Below are positions 44,422-55,990 of a stretch of 64,000 nt of DNA, in pieces. Source of the stretch: Escherichia phage vB-Eco-KMB22. Each line of letters opens with the position of its first letter. The stretch's first letter is position 1. The stretch lies in sequence record OR539217.1; one strand, 5' to 3'. A program made the position numbers and the translations under genes. The notes under the pieces were generated by a model that saw only the letters and a list, made by a program, of their open reading frames with translations, made no database searches and had not been told where the DNA came from.

Positions 44422-45339
44422 TCAAAATTCATTAATGCTATTAGTTAATTTAGAAAGACCCGCTTTTACAAAATATGAATAAATTTTGCCACGCGGTGGT
44501 AATTTATATGAATTATAGTAATTCACAATGTTTGAAGCAATATTATCAGGAATATAATCAAAATCAATTAGAACTAAATTTTCTTTATAACGATTATATT
44601 CAGATTCTGTGAGAAGCACCTTAGCTTGCTCACGGTCATTAGCAATAGCTTCAACGATTGAAGTTTTCATTGAAGGAGTTCGTTCACCTTCAACTCTGGT
44701 AAACCAAAAGTCAGATCGTACTTTAACTGAAGCAACGTTATCCTTTTTGTCGCCTTTAAGGATTTTAGTCATGCAATCAATTTCAGCAGAACCGCTTTTA
44801 ATTTTAACCCATTTCTTATGCATCGGTGACCATTGCTTAACATTTGGATATTTGTGAAGCTGTGTAAAGTCACCATCCGATGAAATGATTAAAATCTTGT
44901 GTCCTTCTAAAGAGAACTTTTTAACAAGAACAGCAATGTGGTCATCCGCTTCATACTTATCAATATCCATAACAATGTATGGCATATAAGCTTTCAATTC
45001 ATCTATAACTTTATGGCTGGATTCAAAATAACCTTCCCAGTCCCAAGTAGATTCTTCTCGTGCTTTTCCACGGTTTTTCTTATAATAATAAGCGAAATCA
45101 CGACGCCAGTATCCAGATTTCGCGTTATCAATACACAGTACAATTTTAGTGTATCCAAGCGTTTTTGCTTTTTTGACATTAAACTTAATTGAGTTCAATA
45201 TCAAATGACGAACCATTGATAAATTAATTTTTTCTTTATCTGGGAAGTTTACTAAAGCAGTTGAAAGCGCAATTTGACTAAAGTCAATAAAGCAAATTCC
45301 TTCTTTGTAATCTTCATCCAACATCATTTCTAAATCCAT
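44422..45339 (-). CDS. rnh: RNase H (5'-3' exonuclease, FEN family)
   Basis: 305 aa from internal ATG with GAGG SD. Confidence 0.9.
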   Translation of the reverse strand: MDLEMMLDEDYKEGICFIDFSQIALSTALVNFPDKEKINLSMVRHLILNSIKFNVKKAKTLGYTKIVLCIDNAKSGYWRRDFAYYYKKNRGKAREESTWDWEGYFESSHKVIDELKAYMPYIVMDIDKYEADDHIAVLVKKFSLEGHKILIISSDGDFTQLHKYPNVKQWSPMHKKWVKIKSGSAEIDCMTKILKGDKKDNVASVKVRSDFWFTRVEGERTPSMKTSIVEAIANDREQAKVLLTESEYNRYKENLVLIDFDYIPDNIASNIVNYYNSYKLPPRGKIYSYFVKAGLSKLTNSINEF

Positions 45340-45368
45340 ATGAACCTCGTTCAATTAGTGAGATTTCT

Positions 45369-45398
45369 ATTATATACCATCCAAATCTTAAAGTAAAC
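45369..45398 (-). promoter_or_regulatory. early promoter for rnh (GTTTAC-n-TATATAAT), divergent from gene 34 late promoter
   Basis: motif and spacing. Confidence 0.6.
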
Positions 45399-45401
45399 AA
45401 G

Positions 45402-45409
45402 TATAAATA
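45402..45409 (+). promoter_or_regulatory. late promoter TATAAATA for gene 34
   Basis: exact match. Confidence 0.7.
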
Positions 45410-45443
45410 CTTATTATTGAAAACACAATAGGAGCCCGGGAGA

Positions 45444-48400
45444 ATGGCCGAGATTAAAAGAAAGTTCAGAGCAGAAGACGGTCTGGACGCAGGTGGCGAT
45501 AAAATAATCAACGTAGCTTTAGCTGATCGTACCGTAGGAACTGACGGTGTTAACGTTGATTACTTAATTCAAGAAAACACAGTTCAACAATATGATCCAA
45601 CTCGTGGATATTTAAAAGATTTTGTAATCATTTATGATAACCGCTTTTGGGCTGCTATAAATGATATTCCAAAACCGGCAGGAGCTTTTAATAGCGGGCG
45701 CTGGAGAGCATTACGTACAGACGCAAACTGGATTACGGTTTCATCTGGTTCATATCAATTAAAATCCGGTGAAGCTATTTCGGTTAATACTGCAACTGGA
45801 AATGACATCACGTTTACTTTACCATCTTCTCCAATTGATGGAGATACTATCGTTCTCCAAGATATTGGAGGAAAACCTGGAGTTAACCAAGTTTTAATTG
45901 TAGCTCCAGTGCAAAGTATTGTAAACTTTAGAGGTGAACAGGTACGTTCAGTACTAATGACTCATCCAAAGTCACAGCTAGTTTTAATTTTTAGTAATCG
46001 TCTGTGGCAAATGTATGTAGCTGATTATAGTAGAGAAGCTGTAGTTGTAACACCAGCGAATACTTATCAAGCGCAATCTAATGATTTTATCGTGCGTAGA
46101 TTTACTTCTGCTGCACCAATTAATGTCAAACTTCCAAGATTTGCTAATCATGGCGATATTATTAATTTCGTTGATTTAGATAAACTGAATCCACTTTATC
46201 ATACAATTGTTACTACATACGATGAAACGACTTCAGTACAAGAAGTTGGAACTCATTCCATTGAAGGCCGTACATCGATTGACGGTTTCTTGATGTTTGA
46301 TGATAATGAGAAATTGTGGAGATTGTTTGACGGGGATAGTAAAGCACGTTTACGCATTATAACGACTAATTCTAATATTCGTCCAAACGAAGAAGTTATG
46401 GTATTTGGTGCGAATAACGGAACAACCCAAACAATTGAGCTTCAGCTTCCTACTGATATTTCTGTTGGTGATACTGTTAAAATTTCCATGAATTACATGA
46501 GAAAAGGACAAACAGTTAAAATCAAAGCTGCCGGTGAAGATAAAATTGCTTCTTCAGTTCAATTGCTGCAATTCCCAAAACGCTCAGAATATCCGCCTGA
46601 AGCTGAATGGGTTACAGTCCAAGAATTAGTTTTTAATGGTGAAACTAATTATGTTCCAGTTTTACAGCTCGCTTATATTGAAGATTCTGATGGAAAATAC
46701 TGGGTTGTACAGCAAAATGTTCCAACTGTAGAAAGAGTAGATTCTTTAAATGATTCTACTAGAGCAAGATTAGGCGTAATTGCTTTAGCTACACAAGCTC
46801 AAGCTAATGTCGATTTAGAAAATTCTCCACAAAAAGAATTAGCAATTACTCCAGAAACGTTAGCTAATCGTACTGCTACAGAAACTCGCAGAGGTATTGC
46901 AAGAATAGCAACTACCGCTCAAGTAAATCAGAACACCACATTCTCTTTTGCAGATGACCTTATCATTACTCCTAAAAAGCTGAATGAAAGAACTGCTACA
47001 GAAACTCGTAGAGGTGTTGCTGAAATTGCTACGCAGCAAGAAACTAATACAGGTACTGATGATACTACAATCATCACTCCTAAAAAGCTTCAAGCTCGCC
47101 AAGGTTCTGAATCATTATCTGGTATTGTAACTTTTGTATCTACTGCAGGTGCTACTCCAGCTTCTAGTCGTGAATTAAATGGTACGAATGTTTATAATAA
47201 AAACACTAATAATTTAGTTGTTTCACCTAAAGCTTTGGATCAGTATAAAGCTACTCCAACACAGCAAGGTGCAGTAATTTTAGCAGTTGAAAGTGAAGTA
47301 ATTGCTGGACAAAGTCAGGAAGGATGGGCAAATGCTGTTGTAACGCCAGAAACGTTACATAAAAAGACATCAACTGATGGAAGAATTGGTTTAATTGAAA
47401 TTGCTACACAAAGTGAAGTTAATACAGGAACTGATTATACTCGTGCAGTCACTCCTAAAACTTTAAATGACCGTAGAGCAACTGAAAGTTTAAGTGGTAT
47501 AGCTGAAATTGCTACACAAGTTGAATTCGACGCAGGCGTCGACGATACTCGTATCTCTACACCATTAAAAATTAAAACTAGATTTAATAGTACTGATCGT
47601 ACTTCTGTTGTTGCTCTATCTGGATTAGTTGAATCAGGAACTCTCTGGGACCATTATACCCTTAATATTCTTGAAGCAAATGAGACACAGCGTGGTACAC
47701 TTCGTGTAGCTACACAGGTTGAAGCTGCTGCAGGAACATTAGATAATGTTTTAATAACTCCTAAAAAGCTTTTAGGTACTAAATCTACCGAATCGCAAGA
47801 AGGTGTTATTAAAGTTGCAACTCAGTCTGAAACTGTGACTGGAACATCAGCAAATACTGCTGTATCTCCAAAAAATTTAAAATGGATTGTGCAGAGTGAA
47901 CCTACCTGGGCAGCTACTACTGCGATAAGAGGTTTTGTTAAAACTTCATCTGGTTCAATTACATTCGTTGGTAATGATACAGTCGGTTCTACCCAAGATT
48001 TAGAACTGTATGAGAAAAATAGCTATGCGGTATCACCATATGAATTAAACCGTGTATTAGCAAATTATTTGCCGTTAAAAGCAAAAGCTGTAGATAGTAA
48101 TTTATTGGATGGTCTAGATTCATCTCAGTTCATTCGTAGGGACATTGCGCAGACAGTTAATGGTTCACTAACCTTAACCCAACAAACGAATCTGAGTGCC
48201 CCTCTTGTATCATCTAGTACTGCTGCGTTTGGTGGTTCAGTTTCGGCAAATAGTACATTAACTATTTCTAATACTGGAACGGCAACTCGTCTGATTTTTG
48301 AGAAAGGACCTCAAACTGGAACTAACCCAGCGCAGACGATGACTATCAGAGTTTGGGGAAATCAGTTTGGTGGTGGATCAGATACAACACGTTCTACTGT

Positions 48401-49313
48401 ATTTGAAGTTGGTGATGAAACATCTAATCACTTTTATTCTCAACGTAATAAAGCTGGTAATATTACGTTTAGCATTAATGGTACTGTGATGCCAATAAAT
48501 GTTAACGCTTCCGGTTCATTGAATGCGAATGGCGTAGCAACATTTGGTAGTTCAGTTACAGCCAATGGTGAATTCATTAGCAAGTCTGCAAATGCTTTCA
48601 GAGCAATAAACGGTGATTATGGATTCTTTATCAGGAATGATGGCGGCAGTACATATTTTATGCTTACTGCATCTGGTGATCAGACCGGTGGATTTAATGG
48701 ATTACGTCCATTATCAATTAATAATCAATCCGGTCAAGTCACAATTGGTGAAAGCTTAATCATTGCCAAAGGTGCTACTATAAATTCAGGCGGTTTAACT
48801 GTTAACTCGAGAATTCGTTCTCAGGGTACTAAAACATCTGATTTATATACCCGTGCGCCAACATCTGATACGGTAGGATTCTGGTCAATTGATATTAACG
48901 ATTCAGCCACTTATAACCAATTCCCGGGTTATTTTAAAATGGTTGAAAAAACTAATGAAGTGACTGGGCTTCCATACTTAGAACGTGGAGAAGAAGTTAA
49001 ATCTCCTGGTACACTGACTCAGTTTGGTAATACACTTGATTCACTTTACCAAGATTGGATTACTTATCCAACGACGTCAGACGCGCGTACCACTCGCTGG
49101 ACACGTACATGGCAGAAAACCAAAAACTCTTGGTCAAGTTTTGTTCAGGTATTTGATGGAGGTAACCCTCCTCAACCATCTGATATCGGTGCTTTACCAT
49201 CTGATAATGCCACAATGGGTAATCTTACTATTCGTGATTTCTTACGAATTGGTAATGTTCGCATTATTCCTGACCCAGTGAATAAAACGGTTAAATTTGA
49301 ATGGGTTGAATAA
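45444..49313 (+). CDS. 34: long tail fibre proximal subunit gp34
   Basis: 1289 aa; about ten ~40-aa internal repeats; late promoter 45402-45409. Confidence 0.95.
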   Translation: MAEIKRKFRAEDGLDAGGDKIINVALADRTVGTDGVNVDYLIQENTVQQYDPTRGYLKDFVIIYDNRFWAAINDIPKPAGAFNSGRWRALRTDANWITVSSGSYQLKSGEAISVNTATGNDITFTLPSSPIDGDTIVLQDIGGKPGVNQVLIVAPVQSIVNFRGEQVRSVLMTHPKSQLVLIFSNRLWQMYVADYSREAVVVTPANTYQAQSNDFIVRRFTSAAPINVKLPRFANHGDIINFVDLDKLNPLYHTIVTTYDETTSVQEVGTHSIEGRTSIDGFLMFDDNEKLWRLFDGDSKARLRIITTNSNIRPNEEVMVFGANNGTTQTIELQLPTDISVGDTVKISMNYMRKGQTVKIKAAGEDKIASSVQLLQFPKRSEYPPEAEWVTVQELVFNGETNYVPVLQLAYIEDSDGKYWVVQQNVPTVERVDSLNDSTRARLGVIALATQAQANVDLENSPQKELAITPETLANRTATETRRGIARIATTAQVNQNTTFSFADDLIITPKKLNERTATETRRGVAEIATQQETNTGTDDTTIITPKKLQARQGSESLSGIVTFVSTAGATPASSRELNGTNVYNKNTNNLVVSPKALDQYKATPTQQGAVILAVESEVIAGQSQEGWANAVVTPETLHKKTSTDGRIGLIEIATQSEVNTGTDYTRAVTPKTLNDRRATESLSGIAEIATQVEFDAGVDDTRISTPLKIKTRFNSTDRTSVVALSGLVESGTLWDHYTLNILEANETQRGTLRVATQVEAAAGTLDNVLITPKKLLGTKSTESQEGVIKVATQSETVTGTSANTAVSPKNLKWIVQSEPTWAATTAIRGFVKTSSGSITFVGNDTVGSTQDLELYEKNSYAVSPYELNRVLANYLPLKAKAVDSNLLDGLDSSQFIRRDIAQTVNGSLTLTQQTNLSAPLVSSSTAAFGGSVSANSTLTISNTGTATRLIFEKGPQTGTNPAQTMTIRVWGNQFGGGSDTTRSTVFEVGDETSNHFYSQRNKAGNITFSINGTVMPINVNASGSLNANGVATFGSSVTANGEFISKSANAFRAINGDYGFFIRNDGGSTYFMLTASGDQTGGFNGLRPLSINNQSGQVTIGESLIIAKGATINSGGLTVNSRIRSQGTKTSDLYTRAPTSDTVGFWSIDINDSATYNQFPGYFKMVEKTNEVTGLPYLERGEEVKSPGTLTQFGNTLDSLYQDWITYPTTSDARTTRWTRTWQKTKNSWSSFVQVFDGGNPPQPSDIGALPSDNATMGNLTIRDFLRIGNVRIIPDPVNKTVKFEWVE

Positions 49314-49321
49314 GAGGTATT

Positions 49322-50437
49322 ATGGAAAAATTTATGGCAGAGTTTGGACAAGGATATGTCCAAACGCCATTTTTATCGGAAAGTAATTCAGTAAGATACA
49401 AAATAAGTATAGCGGGTTCTTGCCCGCTTTCTACAGCAGGACCATACGTTAAATTTCAGGATAATCCTGTAGGAAGTCAAACATTTAGCGCAGGTCTTCA
49501 TTTAAGAGTTTTTGACCCTTCCACCGGAGCATTAGTTGATAGTAAGTCATATGCTTTTTCGACTTCAAATGATACTACATCAGCTGCTTTTGTTAGTTTC
49601 ATGAATTCTTTGACGAATAATCGAATTGTCGCTATATTAACTAGTGGAAAGGTTAATTTTCCTCCTGAAGTAGTATCTTGGTTAAGAACCGCCGGAACGT
49701 CTGCTTTTCCATCTGATTCTATATTGTCAAGATTCGACGTATCATATGCTGCTTTTTATACTTCTTCTAAAAGAGCTATTGCATTAGAGCATGTTAAATT
49801 AAGTAATAGAAAAAGCACAGATGATTATCAAACTATTTTAGATGTTGTATTTGACAGTTTAGAAGACGTCGGAGCTACCGGGTTTCCAAGAAGAACGTAT
49901 GAAAGCGTTGAGCAATTCATGTCAGCGGTTGGTGGAACTAATAACGAAATTGCGCGTCTACCAACTTCAGCTACTATAAGTAAATTATCTGATTATAATT
50001 TAATTCCTGGCGATGTTCTTTATCTTAAAGCTCAGTTATATGCTGATGCCGATTTACTTGCTCTTGGAACTACAAATATATCTATCCGTTTTTATAATGC
50101 ATCAAATGGATATATTTCCTCGACACAAGCTGAATTTACCGGACAAGCTGGGTCATGGGAATTAAAGGAAGATTATGTAGTTGTTCCAGAAAACGCTGTA
50201 GGATTTACGATATATGCACAAAGAACTGCTAAAGCTGGCCAAGGTGGCATGAGAAATTTAAGCTTTTCTGAAGTATCAAGAAACGGTGGTATTTCAAAAC
50301 CTGCTGAATTTGGCGTCAACGGTATTCGTGTTAATTATATCTGTGAATCCGCTTCACCTCCGGATATAATGGTACTTCCTACGCAAGCATCATCTAAAAC
50401 TGGTAAAGTGTTTGGGCAAGAATTTAGAGAAGTATAA
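49322..50437 (+). CDS. 35: long tail fibre hinge gp35
   Basis: 371 aa, position. Confidence 0.9.
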   Translation: MEKFMAEFGQGYVQTPFLSESNSVRYKISIAGSCPLSTAGPYVKFQDNPVGSQTFSAGLHLRVFDPSTGALVDSKSYAFSTSNDTTSAAFVSFMNSLTNNRIVAILTSGKVNFPPEVVSWLRTAGTSAFPSDSILSRFDVSYAAFYTSSKRAIALEHVKLSNRKSTDDYQTILDVVFDSLEDVGATGFPRRTYESVEQFMSAVGGTNNEIARLPTSATISKLSDYNLIPGDVLYLKAQLYADADLLALGTTNISIRFYNASNGYISSTQAEFTGQAGSWELKEDYVVVPENAVGFTIYAQRTAKAGQGGMRNLSFSEVSRNGGISKPAEFGVNGIRVNYICESASPPDIMVLPTQASSKTGKVFGQEFREV

Positions 50438-50440
50438 ATT

Positions 50441-50468
50441 GAGGGAGCCTTCGGGTTCCCTTTTTCTT
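50441..50468 (+). terminator. hairpin plus U-run after gene 35
   Basis: gggagcc-ttcg-ggttccc then ttttt. Confidence 0.75.
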
Positions 50469-50476
50469 TATAAATA
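50469..50476 (+). promoter_or_regulatory. late promoter TATAAATA for gene 36
   Basis: exact match. Confidence 0.7.
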
Positions 50477-50499
50477 CTATTAAAATAAAGGGGCATACA

Positions 50500-51165
50500 A
50501 TGGCTGATTTAAAAGTAGGTTCAACAACCGGAGGCTCTGTCATTTGGCATCAAGGAAATTTTCCATTGAATCCAGCCGGTGACGATGTACTCTATAAATC
50601 ATTTAAAATATATTCAGAATATAATAAACCACAAGCTGCTGATAACGATTTCGTTTCTAAAGCTAATGGTGGTACTTATGCATCAAAGGTAACATTTAAC
50701 GGTGGAATTCAAGTTCCGTATGCTGTAAACAACACAAACCCATGCGGTGTTTATCCAGGTAACGGTGATAATGCTACTTTTGCTGTAGCAAATATCGATA
50801 TTGTTTCGTGGAATGGTATTGGTTTTAAATCATCACAAGGTTCAGCAGCTCGAACTGTTGTAATTAATGCACGTAATGGTGATATTAGTACAAAAGGCGT
50901 TGTGTCGGCAGCAGTTCAAGTAAGAAGTGATGCGGCTGCTCCTATAGCAGCGAATGACCTTACTAGAAAGGACTATGTTGATGGAGCAATAAATACTGTT
51001 ACGGCAAATGCAAACTCTAGGGTGCTACGGTCTGGTGACACCATGATAGGTAATTTAACAGCGCCAAACTTTTTCTCGCAGAATCCTGCATCTCAACCTT
51101 CACACGTTCCACGATTTGACCAAATCGTAATTAAGGATTCTGTTCAAGATTTCGGCTATTATTAA
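50500..51165 (+). CDS. 36: long tail fibre distal connector gp36
   Basis: 221 aa; late promoter 50469-50476. Confidence 0.9.
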   Translation: MADLKVGSTTGGSVIWHQGNFPLNPAGDDVLYKSFKIYSEYNKPQAADNDFVSKANGGTYASKVTFNGGIQVPYAVNNTNPCGVYPGNGDNATFAVANIDIVSWNGIGFKSSQGSAARTVVINARNGDISTKGVVSAAVQVRSDAAAPIAANDLTRKDYVDGAINTVTANANSRVLRSGDTMIGNLTAPNFFSQNPASQPSHVPRFDQIVIKDSVQDFGYY

Positions 51166-51173
51166 GAGGACTT

Positions 51174-54100
51174 ATGGCTACTTTAAAACAAATACAATTT
51201 AAAAGAAGCAAAACCGCAGGTGCACGTCCTGCTGCTTCAGTATTAGCCGAAGGTGAATTGGCTATAAACTTAAAAGATAGAACAATTTTTACTAAAGATG
51301 ATTCAGGAAATATCATCGATTTAAGCATTTCTACTGGCGGTAATATCAGTGGTAATATCACTCAAACTGGTGATTATACACAGACTGGAAAATTTAATTT
51401 AATTGGTCCGCAAATTGTAGCAAGCGGTGGATATATTGAGTTTAATTATCGTACTACTGGAAGTGGGGCTTGGTCCGGTCAACATACTGCGAAAGCTCCA
51501 ATTTTTGTAGATTTAAGCTCAGCTACTTCCACATCTGAATATAATCCTATAATTAAACAGCGCTTTAAAGATGGAACTTTTTCATTAGGTACTTTAGTTT
51601 CTAAAGGTTCGTTGAAGATTCATTATATCAATGAATCTGGCGATTCGAAATATTGGACGTTTCGACGTGACGGCGGATTTACTGTTGACGGTGGAGGTTT
51701 AGCAGTATCAGGAGGTAGTATAACTACATCTGGAAATATTGCAGCTATTGGAAATATTACTTCGCCTCAGATTAATACTAAAAATATTATTTTAGATACA
51801 AAAGCATTTGGACAATACGATTCGCAATCATTAGTTCAATATGTTTATCCTGGAACAGGCGAAGAAAATGGTATAAACTATCTTCGTAAAGTTCGAGCTA
51901 AATCAGGCGGTACAATTTATCATGAATTAGCTTCTGCGCAAACCGGAAAAAGTGATGAACTTTCTTGGTGGACTGGTAATACAGCCGTTAATAAACAAAT
52001 GGGTCTTCGTAATGATGGGGCTTTAGTATTACGACGCTCACTCGCAATTGGTACAATTACAACAGATGAAAACATTAATAACTACGGCTCCGCTGGAGCA
52101 ATGGGCGAATGTTATATAGTTATCGGTGATGCATCAACAGGCTTATCATACAAAAAAACTGGAGTATATGATTTAGTTGCTAGTGGTCTTTCTTTAGCAT
52201 CTATTACTCCTGATAGTTTCCGTAGTACCCGTAAAGCGATTTTTGGTCGTTCCGAGGACCAAGGTACAACATGGATTATGCCTGGAACCAACGCCGCGTT
52301 TTTATCGGTTCAAACACAAGCTGATGAAAACACTGCTGGAGACGGCCAGACGCATATTGGCTATAACTCAGGCGGAAAAATGAACCACTATTTCCGTGGT
52401 AAAGGCAAAACTAATATTAATACTCAAGAAGGCATGGAAGTTAACCCGGGTATTTTGAAATTGGTAACTGGCTCTAATAATGTAATGTTTTATGCTGATG
52501 GCGGTATTACATCTGTTAAGCAGCTTTCAATATATAATGGCATATATTTAGCAGCTAATAATTCTACTGCTGGGCTAACATTCGCTCCAACTACTACAAT
52601 TGATGGCACTAAGCAAATTTTGTGGGAAGGCGGTACTCGTGCTGGTCAGAATAAAAGCTATGTAACTGTTAAAGCATGGGGTAATTCATTTAACGCATCT
52701 GGCGATCGTAATCGTGAAACGGTTTTTGAAGTAGCTGATGGACAAGGATATTATTTTTATTCACAGCGTGTGGCTCCAAGTGGCTCTGAAACTACTGGGC
52801 CTGTTGTAACCCAGTTCAATGGACAAGTTAATGCTAGAGGAAGTATTATTACTGACGGAAGTTTTAAAGTTAATGGATTAAGCACTTTAGTCGGTAATGT
52901 TACCATGTCTAATGGTTTGTTTGTCCAAGGTGGTTCTTCTATTACTGGACAAGTAAAAATTGGTGGAACTGCTGATGCATTAAGAATTTGGAATGCCGAA
53001 TACGGTGCTATTTTCCGTCGCTCAGAAACAGCATTACATATTATCCCGACTCCTAAAGATGCCGGTGAAAGTGGTGGAATAAGTAATCTCCGCCCACTTA
53101 GTATTAGTCTTAATAATGGTATGGTACAAATGCGCCATTCTGTTACGTTAGGCGATGATGGCGCTGGCGGTAATATGATTACTGTGGACAACGATACCAA
53201 ACTTGTTGTTGTTACTAGTAATAGTCGCATTTCTCCTAATTACCGTATGCAGGTAGGACAAGCAGCTTATATTGATGCTGAATGTACTGACACAGTTCGC
53301 CCGGCTGGTGCAGGGTCTTTTGCTTCACAAAATAATGAAAACGTTCGTGCTCCATTCTATATGAATATTAATCGTACAGATACAAGTACTTACGTTCCTA
53401 TTTTGAAACAACGATATGTCCAAGGAAACAGTTGTTATTCTCTGGGAACTCTAATTAACGGCGGTAACTTCAGAGTTCATTATCATGAAGGCGGCGATGG
53501 CGGTTCGACTGGCGCTATTATAAAGGATTTAGGTTGGGAATTTAACAAAAATGGTGATTTTATATCTCCTAAGCGTGTTTCTGCTGGTGGTTCAGTTTAT
53601 TTAGGTACAGACGGCAATATTACAGGTGGTTCTGGCAATTTTGCTAATTTAAACAGTACAATTGAATCACTTAAAACCGATATTGTATCGAGTTACCCAA
53701 TCGGTGCTCCTATTCCATGGCCAACGGATACTCCTCCTGACGGTTACGCTATTATGGAAGGCCAGACTTTTGATAAGTCTGCATACCCAAAATTGGCTAT
53801 GGCTTACCCATCTGGCGTAATTCCAGATATGCGCGGGCAAACTATTAAAGGTAAACCAAGTGGTCGAGCTGTATTAAGCGCAGAAGCCGATGGTGTTAAG
53901 GCTCATAGCCATAGTGCATCGGCTTCAAGTACTGACTTGGGTACTAAAACTACGTCGAGTTTTGATTATGGTACTAAGACGACAAGTAGCTTTGACTATG
54001 GCACTAAGACTAGCAATACCACAGGTAACCACTCTCATACTGTAAGCGGTACTACGAGTTCTGCTGGTGCACACCAACATGCGCGCTCAGGTCCTCAGAT

Positions 54101-54449
54101 ACAAGCCGGCATACCCAATAACATATTCTATGACGGATATAATAGTGTAGGTGCAAACGCCAACGCTAAATTCACTGGAACCGTGAACGGTGCTACTGCA
54201 GGGTCGAATATAGCCAAAACTTCTTCAGACGGTGCTCATACTCATACTTGGTCTGGTACTACAAGCACTACAGGTAACCATGCTCACACAGTAGGTATTG
54301 GTGCTCATACCCATACTGTAGGTATCGGTGCTCATACCCACACGGTAGCAATTGGCTCGCATGGTCATACTATCACTGTAAATAGTACAGGTAATACAGA
54401 AAACACGGTTAAAAACATTGCTTTTAACTATATCGTTCGTTTAGCATAA
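51174..54449 (+). CDS. 37: long tail fibre distal subunit gp37 (receptor-binding tip)
   Basis: 1091 aa; C-terminal His-x-His repeats and [11 protein letters not shown] terminus. Confidence 0.95.
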   Translation: MATLKQIQFKRSKTAGARPAASVLAEGELAINLKDRTIFTKDDSGNIIDLSISTGGNISGNITQTGDYTQTGKFNLIGPQIVASGGYIEFNYRTTGSGAWSGQHTAKAPIFVDLSSATSTSEYNPIIKQRFKDGTFSLGTLVSKGSLKIHYINESGDSKYWTFRRDGGFTVDGGGLAVSGGSITTSGNIAAIGNITSPQINTKNIILDTKAFGQYDSQSLVQYVYPGTGEENGINYLRKVRAKSGGTIYHELASAQTGKSDELSWWTGNTAVNKQMGLRNDGALVLRRSLAIGTITTDENINNYGSAGAMGECYIVIGDASTGLSYKKTGVYDLVASGLSLASITPDSFRSTRKAIFGRSEDQGTTWIMPGTNAAFLSVQTQADENTAGDGQTHIGYNSGGKMNHYFRGKGKTNINTQEGMEVNPGILKLVTGSNNVMFYADGGITSVKQLSIYNGIYLAANNSTAGLTFAPTTTIDGTKQILWEGGTRAGQNKSYVTVKAWGNSFNASGDRNRETVFEVADGQGYYFYSQRVAPSGSETTGPVVTQFNGQVNARGSIITDGSFKVNGLSTLVGNVTMSNGLFVQGGSSITGQVKIGGTADALRIWNAEYGAIFRRSETALHIIPTPKDAGESGGISNLRPLSISLNNGMVQMRHSVTLGDDGAGGNMITVDNDTKLVVVTSNSRISPNYRMQVGQAAYIDAECTDTVRPAGAGSFASQNNENVRAPFYMNINRTDTSTYVPILKQRYVQGNSCYSLGTLINGGNFRVHYHEGGDGGSTGAIIKDLGWEFNKNGDFISPKRVSAGGSVYLGTDGNITGGSGNFANLNSTIESLKTDIVSSYPIGAPIPWPTDTPPDGYAIMEGQTFDKSAYPKLAMAYPSGVIPDMRGQTIKGKPSGRAVLSAEADGVKAHSHSASASSTDLGTKTTSSFDYGTKTTSSFDYGTKTSNTTGNHSHTVSGTTSSAGAHQHARSGPQIQAGIPNNIFYDGYNSVGANANAKFTGTVNGATAGSNIAKTSSDGAHTHTWSGTTSTTGNHAHTVGIGAHTHTVGIGAHTHTVAIGSHGHTITVNSTGNTENTVKNIAFNYIVRLA
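54291..54371 (+). repeat. three 27-bp tandem units encoding His-x-His nonapeptides in gp37 tip
   Basis: units 1 and 2 differ only at 3 synonymous positions; unit 3 diverged. Confidence 0.85.
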
Positions 54450-54451
54450 GG

Positions 54452-54470
54452 AGAGGGGCTTCGGCCCCTT
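54452..54470 (+). other. intercistronic CUUCGG hairpin between 37 and 38 (no U-run)
   Basis: aggggc-ttcg-gcccct. Confidence 0.5.
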
Positions 54471-54476
54471 CTAAAT

Positions 54477-55028
54477 ATGAAAATATATCATTATTATTTT
54501 GACACTAAAGAATTTTACAAAGAAGAAAATTACAAACCGGTTAAAGGCCTCGGTCTTCCTGCTCATTCAACAATTAAAAAACCTTTAGAACCTAAAGAAG
54601 GATATGCAGTTGTATTTGATGAACGTACTCAGGATTGGATTTATGAAGAAGACCATCGCGGAAAACGAGCATGGACTTTTAATAAAGAAGAAATTTTTAT
54701 AAGTGAAATTGGAAGCCCGGTTGGTATAACTTTTGATGAGCCTGGCGAATTTGATATATGGACTGATGACGGTTGGAAAGAAGACGAAACATATAAGCGA
54801 GTTTTAATTCGTAATAGAAAAATTGAAGAATTATATAAAGAGTTCCAAGTTTTAAATAATATGATTGAAGCTTCTGTCGCCAATAAAAAGGAAAAATTTT
54901 ATTATAAAAACCTTAAGCGGTTCTTTGCTCTTTTAGAAAAGCATGAGCATTTAGGTGGTGAATTCCCTTCATGGCCTGAAAAAGAACGGAAACCTTGGTA
55001 TAAGCGTTTATTCAAGCATTACGTATAA
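54477..55028 (+). CDS. 38: gp38 tail-fibre assembly chaperone (T4-type, not T2-type adhesin)
   Basis: 183 aa, Lys/Glu-rich, no glycine-rich adhesin segments. Confidence 0.85.
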   Translation: MKIYHYYFDTKEFYKEENYKPVKGLGLPAHSTIKKPLEPKEGYAVVFDERTQDWIYEEDHRGKRAWTFNKEEIFISEIGSPVGITFDEPGEFDIWTDDGWKEDETYKRVLIRNRKIEELYKEFQVLNNMIEASVANKKEKFYYKNLKRFFALLEKHEHLGGEFPSWPEKERKPWYKRLFKHYV

Positions 55029-55048
55029 ATATCTTAAAAGGAGGGTCT

Positions 55049-55705
55049 ATGGCAGCACCTAGAATATCATTTTCGCCCTCTGATATTCTGTTTGGTGTTC
55101 TAGATCGCTTGTTCAAAGATAACGCTACTGGGAAGGTTCTTGCTTCCCGGGTAGCTGTCGTAATTCTTTTATTTATGATGGCGATTGTTTGGTATAGGGG
55201 AGATAGTTTCTTTGAGTACTATAAGCAATCAAAGTATGAAACATACAGTGAAATTATTGAAAAGGAAAGAAATGCACGCTTTGAATCTGTCGCCCTGGAA
55301 CAACTCCAGATAGTTCATATATCATCTGAGGCAGACTTTAGTGCGGTGTATTCTTTCCGCCCTAAAAACTTAAACTATTTTGTTGATATTATAGCATACG
55401 AAGGAAGATTACCTTCAACAATAACTGAAAAATCACTTGGAGGATATCCTGTTGATAAAACTATGGATGAATATACAGTTCATTTAAATGGACGTCATTA
55501 TTATTCTGACTCAAAATTTGCTTTTTTACCAACTAAAAAGCCTACTCCCGAAATAAACTACATGTACAGTTGTCCATATTTTAATTTGGATAATATCTAT
55601 GCTGGAACGATAACCATGTACTGGTATAGAAATGATCATATAAGTAATGACCGCCTTGAATCAATATGTGCTCAGGCGGCCAGAATATTAGGAAGGGCTA
55701 AATAA
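55049..55705 (+). CDS. t: holin T
   Basis: 218 aa; single N-terminal TM segment and large periplasmic domain. Confidence 0.9.
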   Translation: MAAPRISFSPSDILFGVLDRLFKDNATGKVLASRVAVVILLFMMAIVWYRGDSFFEYYKQSKYETYSEIIEKERNARFESVALEQLQIVHISSEADFSAVYSFRPKNLNYFVDIIAYEGRLPSTITEKSLGGYPVDKTMDEYTVHLNGRHYYSDSKFAFLPTKKPTPEINYMYSCPYFNLDNIYAGTITMYWYRNDHISNDRLESICAQAARILGRAK

Positions 55706-55978
55706 TTATTTGTTCGTATACATCTCTAGATATCGATATACACCCTCAAAACCCTCGTTGAATTCGTCGATGAGGGTTTTCTTATCTTCTTGAGTTAATT
55801 CAGAAACAATTTTACGGAATGAATTCTGATTTAATTTTCTACCTTCATGCGTTACTCCAATCTCATTCAGAAATGCAATAAAATTAGCACGATTTTCAAC
55901 AATATCTTCTCTGGAAAATTTAATCAAAATAGACGCAACAGTAATAATTTCACGAACTGTATCAATGTTTTTATTCAT
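55706..55978 (-). CDS. asiA: anti-sigma70 factor AsiA
   Basis: 90 aa, matches recalled AsiA. Confidence 0.9.
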   Translation of the reverse strand: MNKNIDTVREIITVASILIKFSREDIVENRANFIAFLNEIGVTHEGRKLNQNSFRKIVSELTQEDKKTLIDEFNEGFEGVYRYLEMYTNK

Positions 55979-55990
55979 TAACTATACCAC

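Noticed and set aside
54450-54476. Late promoter for gene 38 or t
   Set aside because: No TATAAATA match; these genes are most simply read through from the gene 36/37 late transcript
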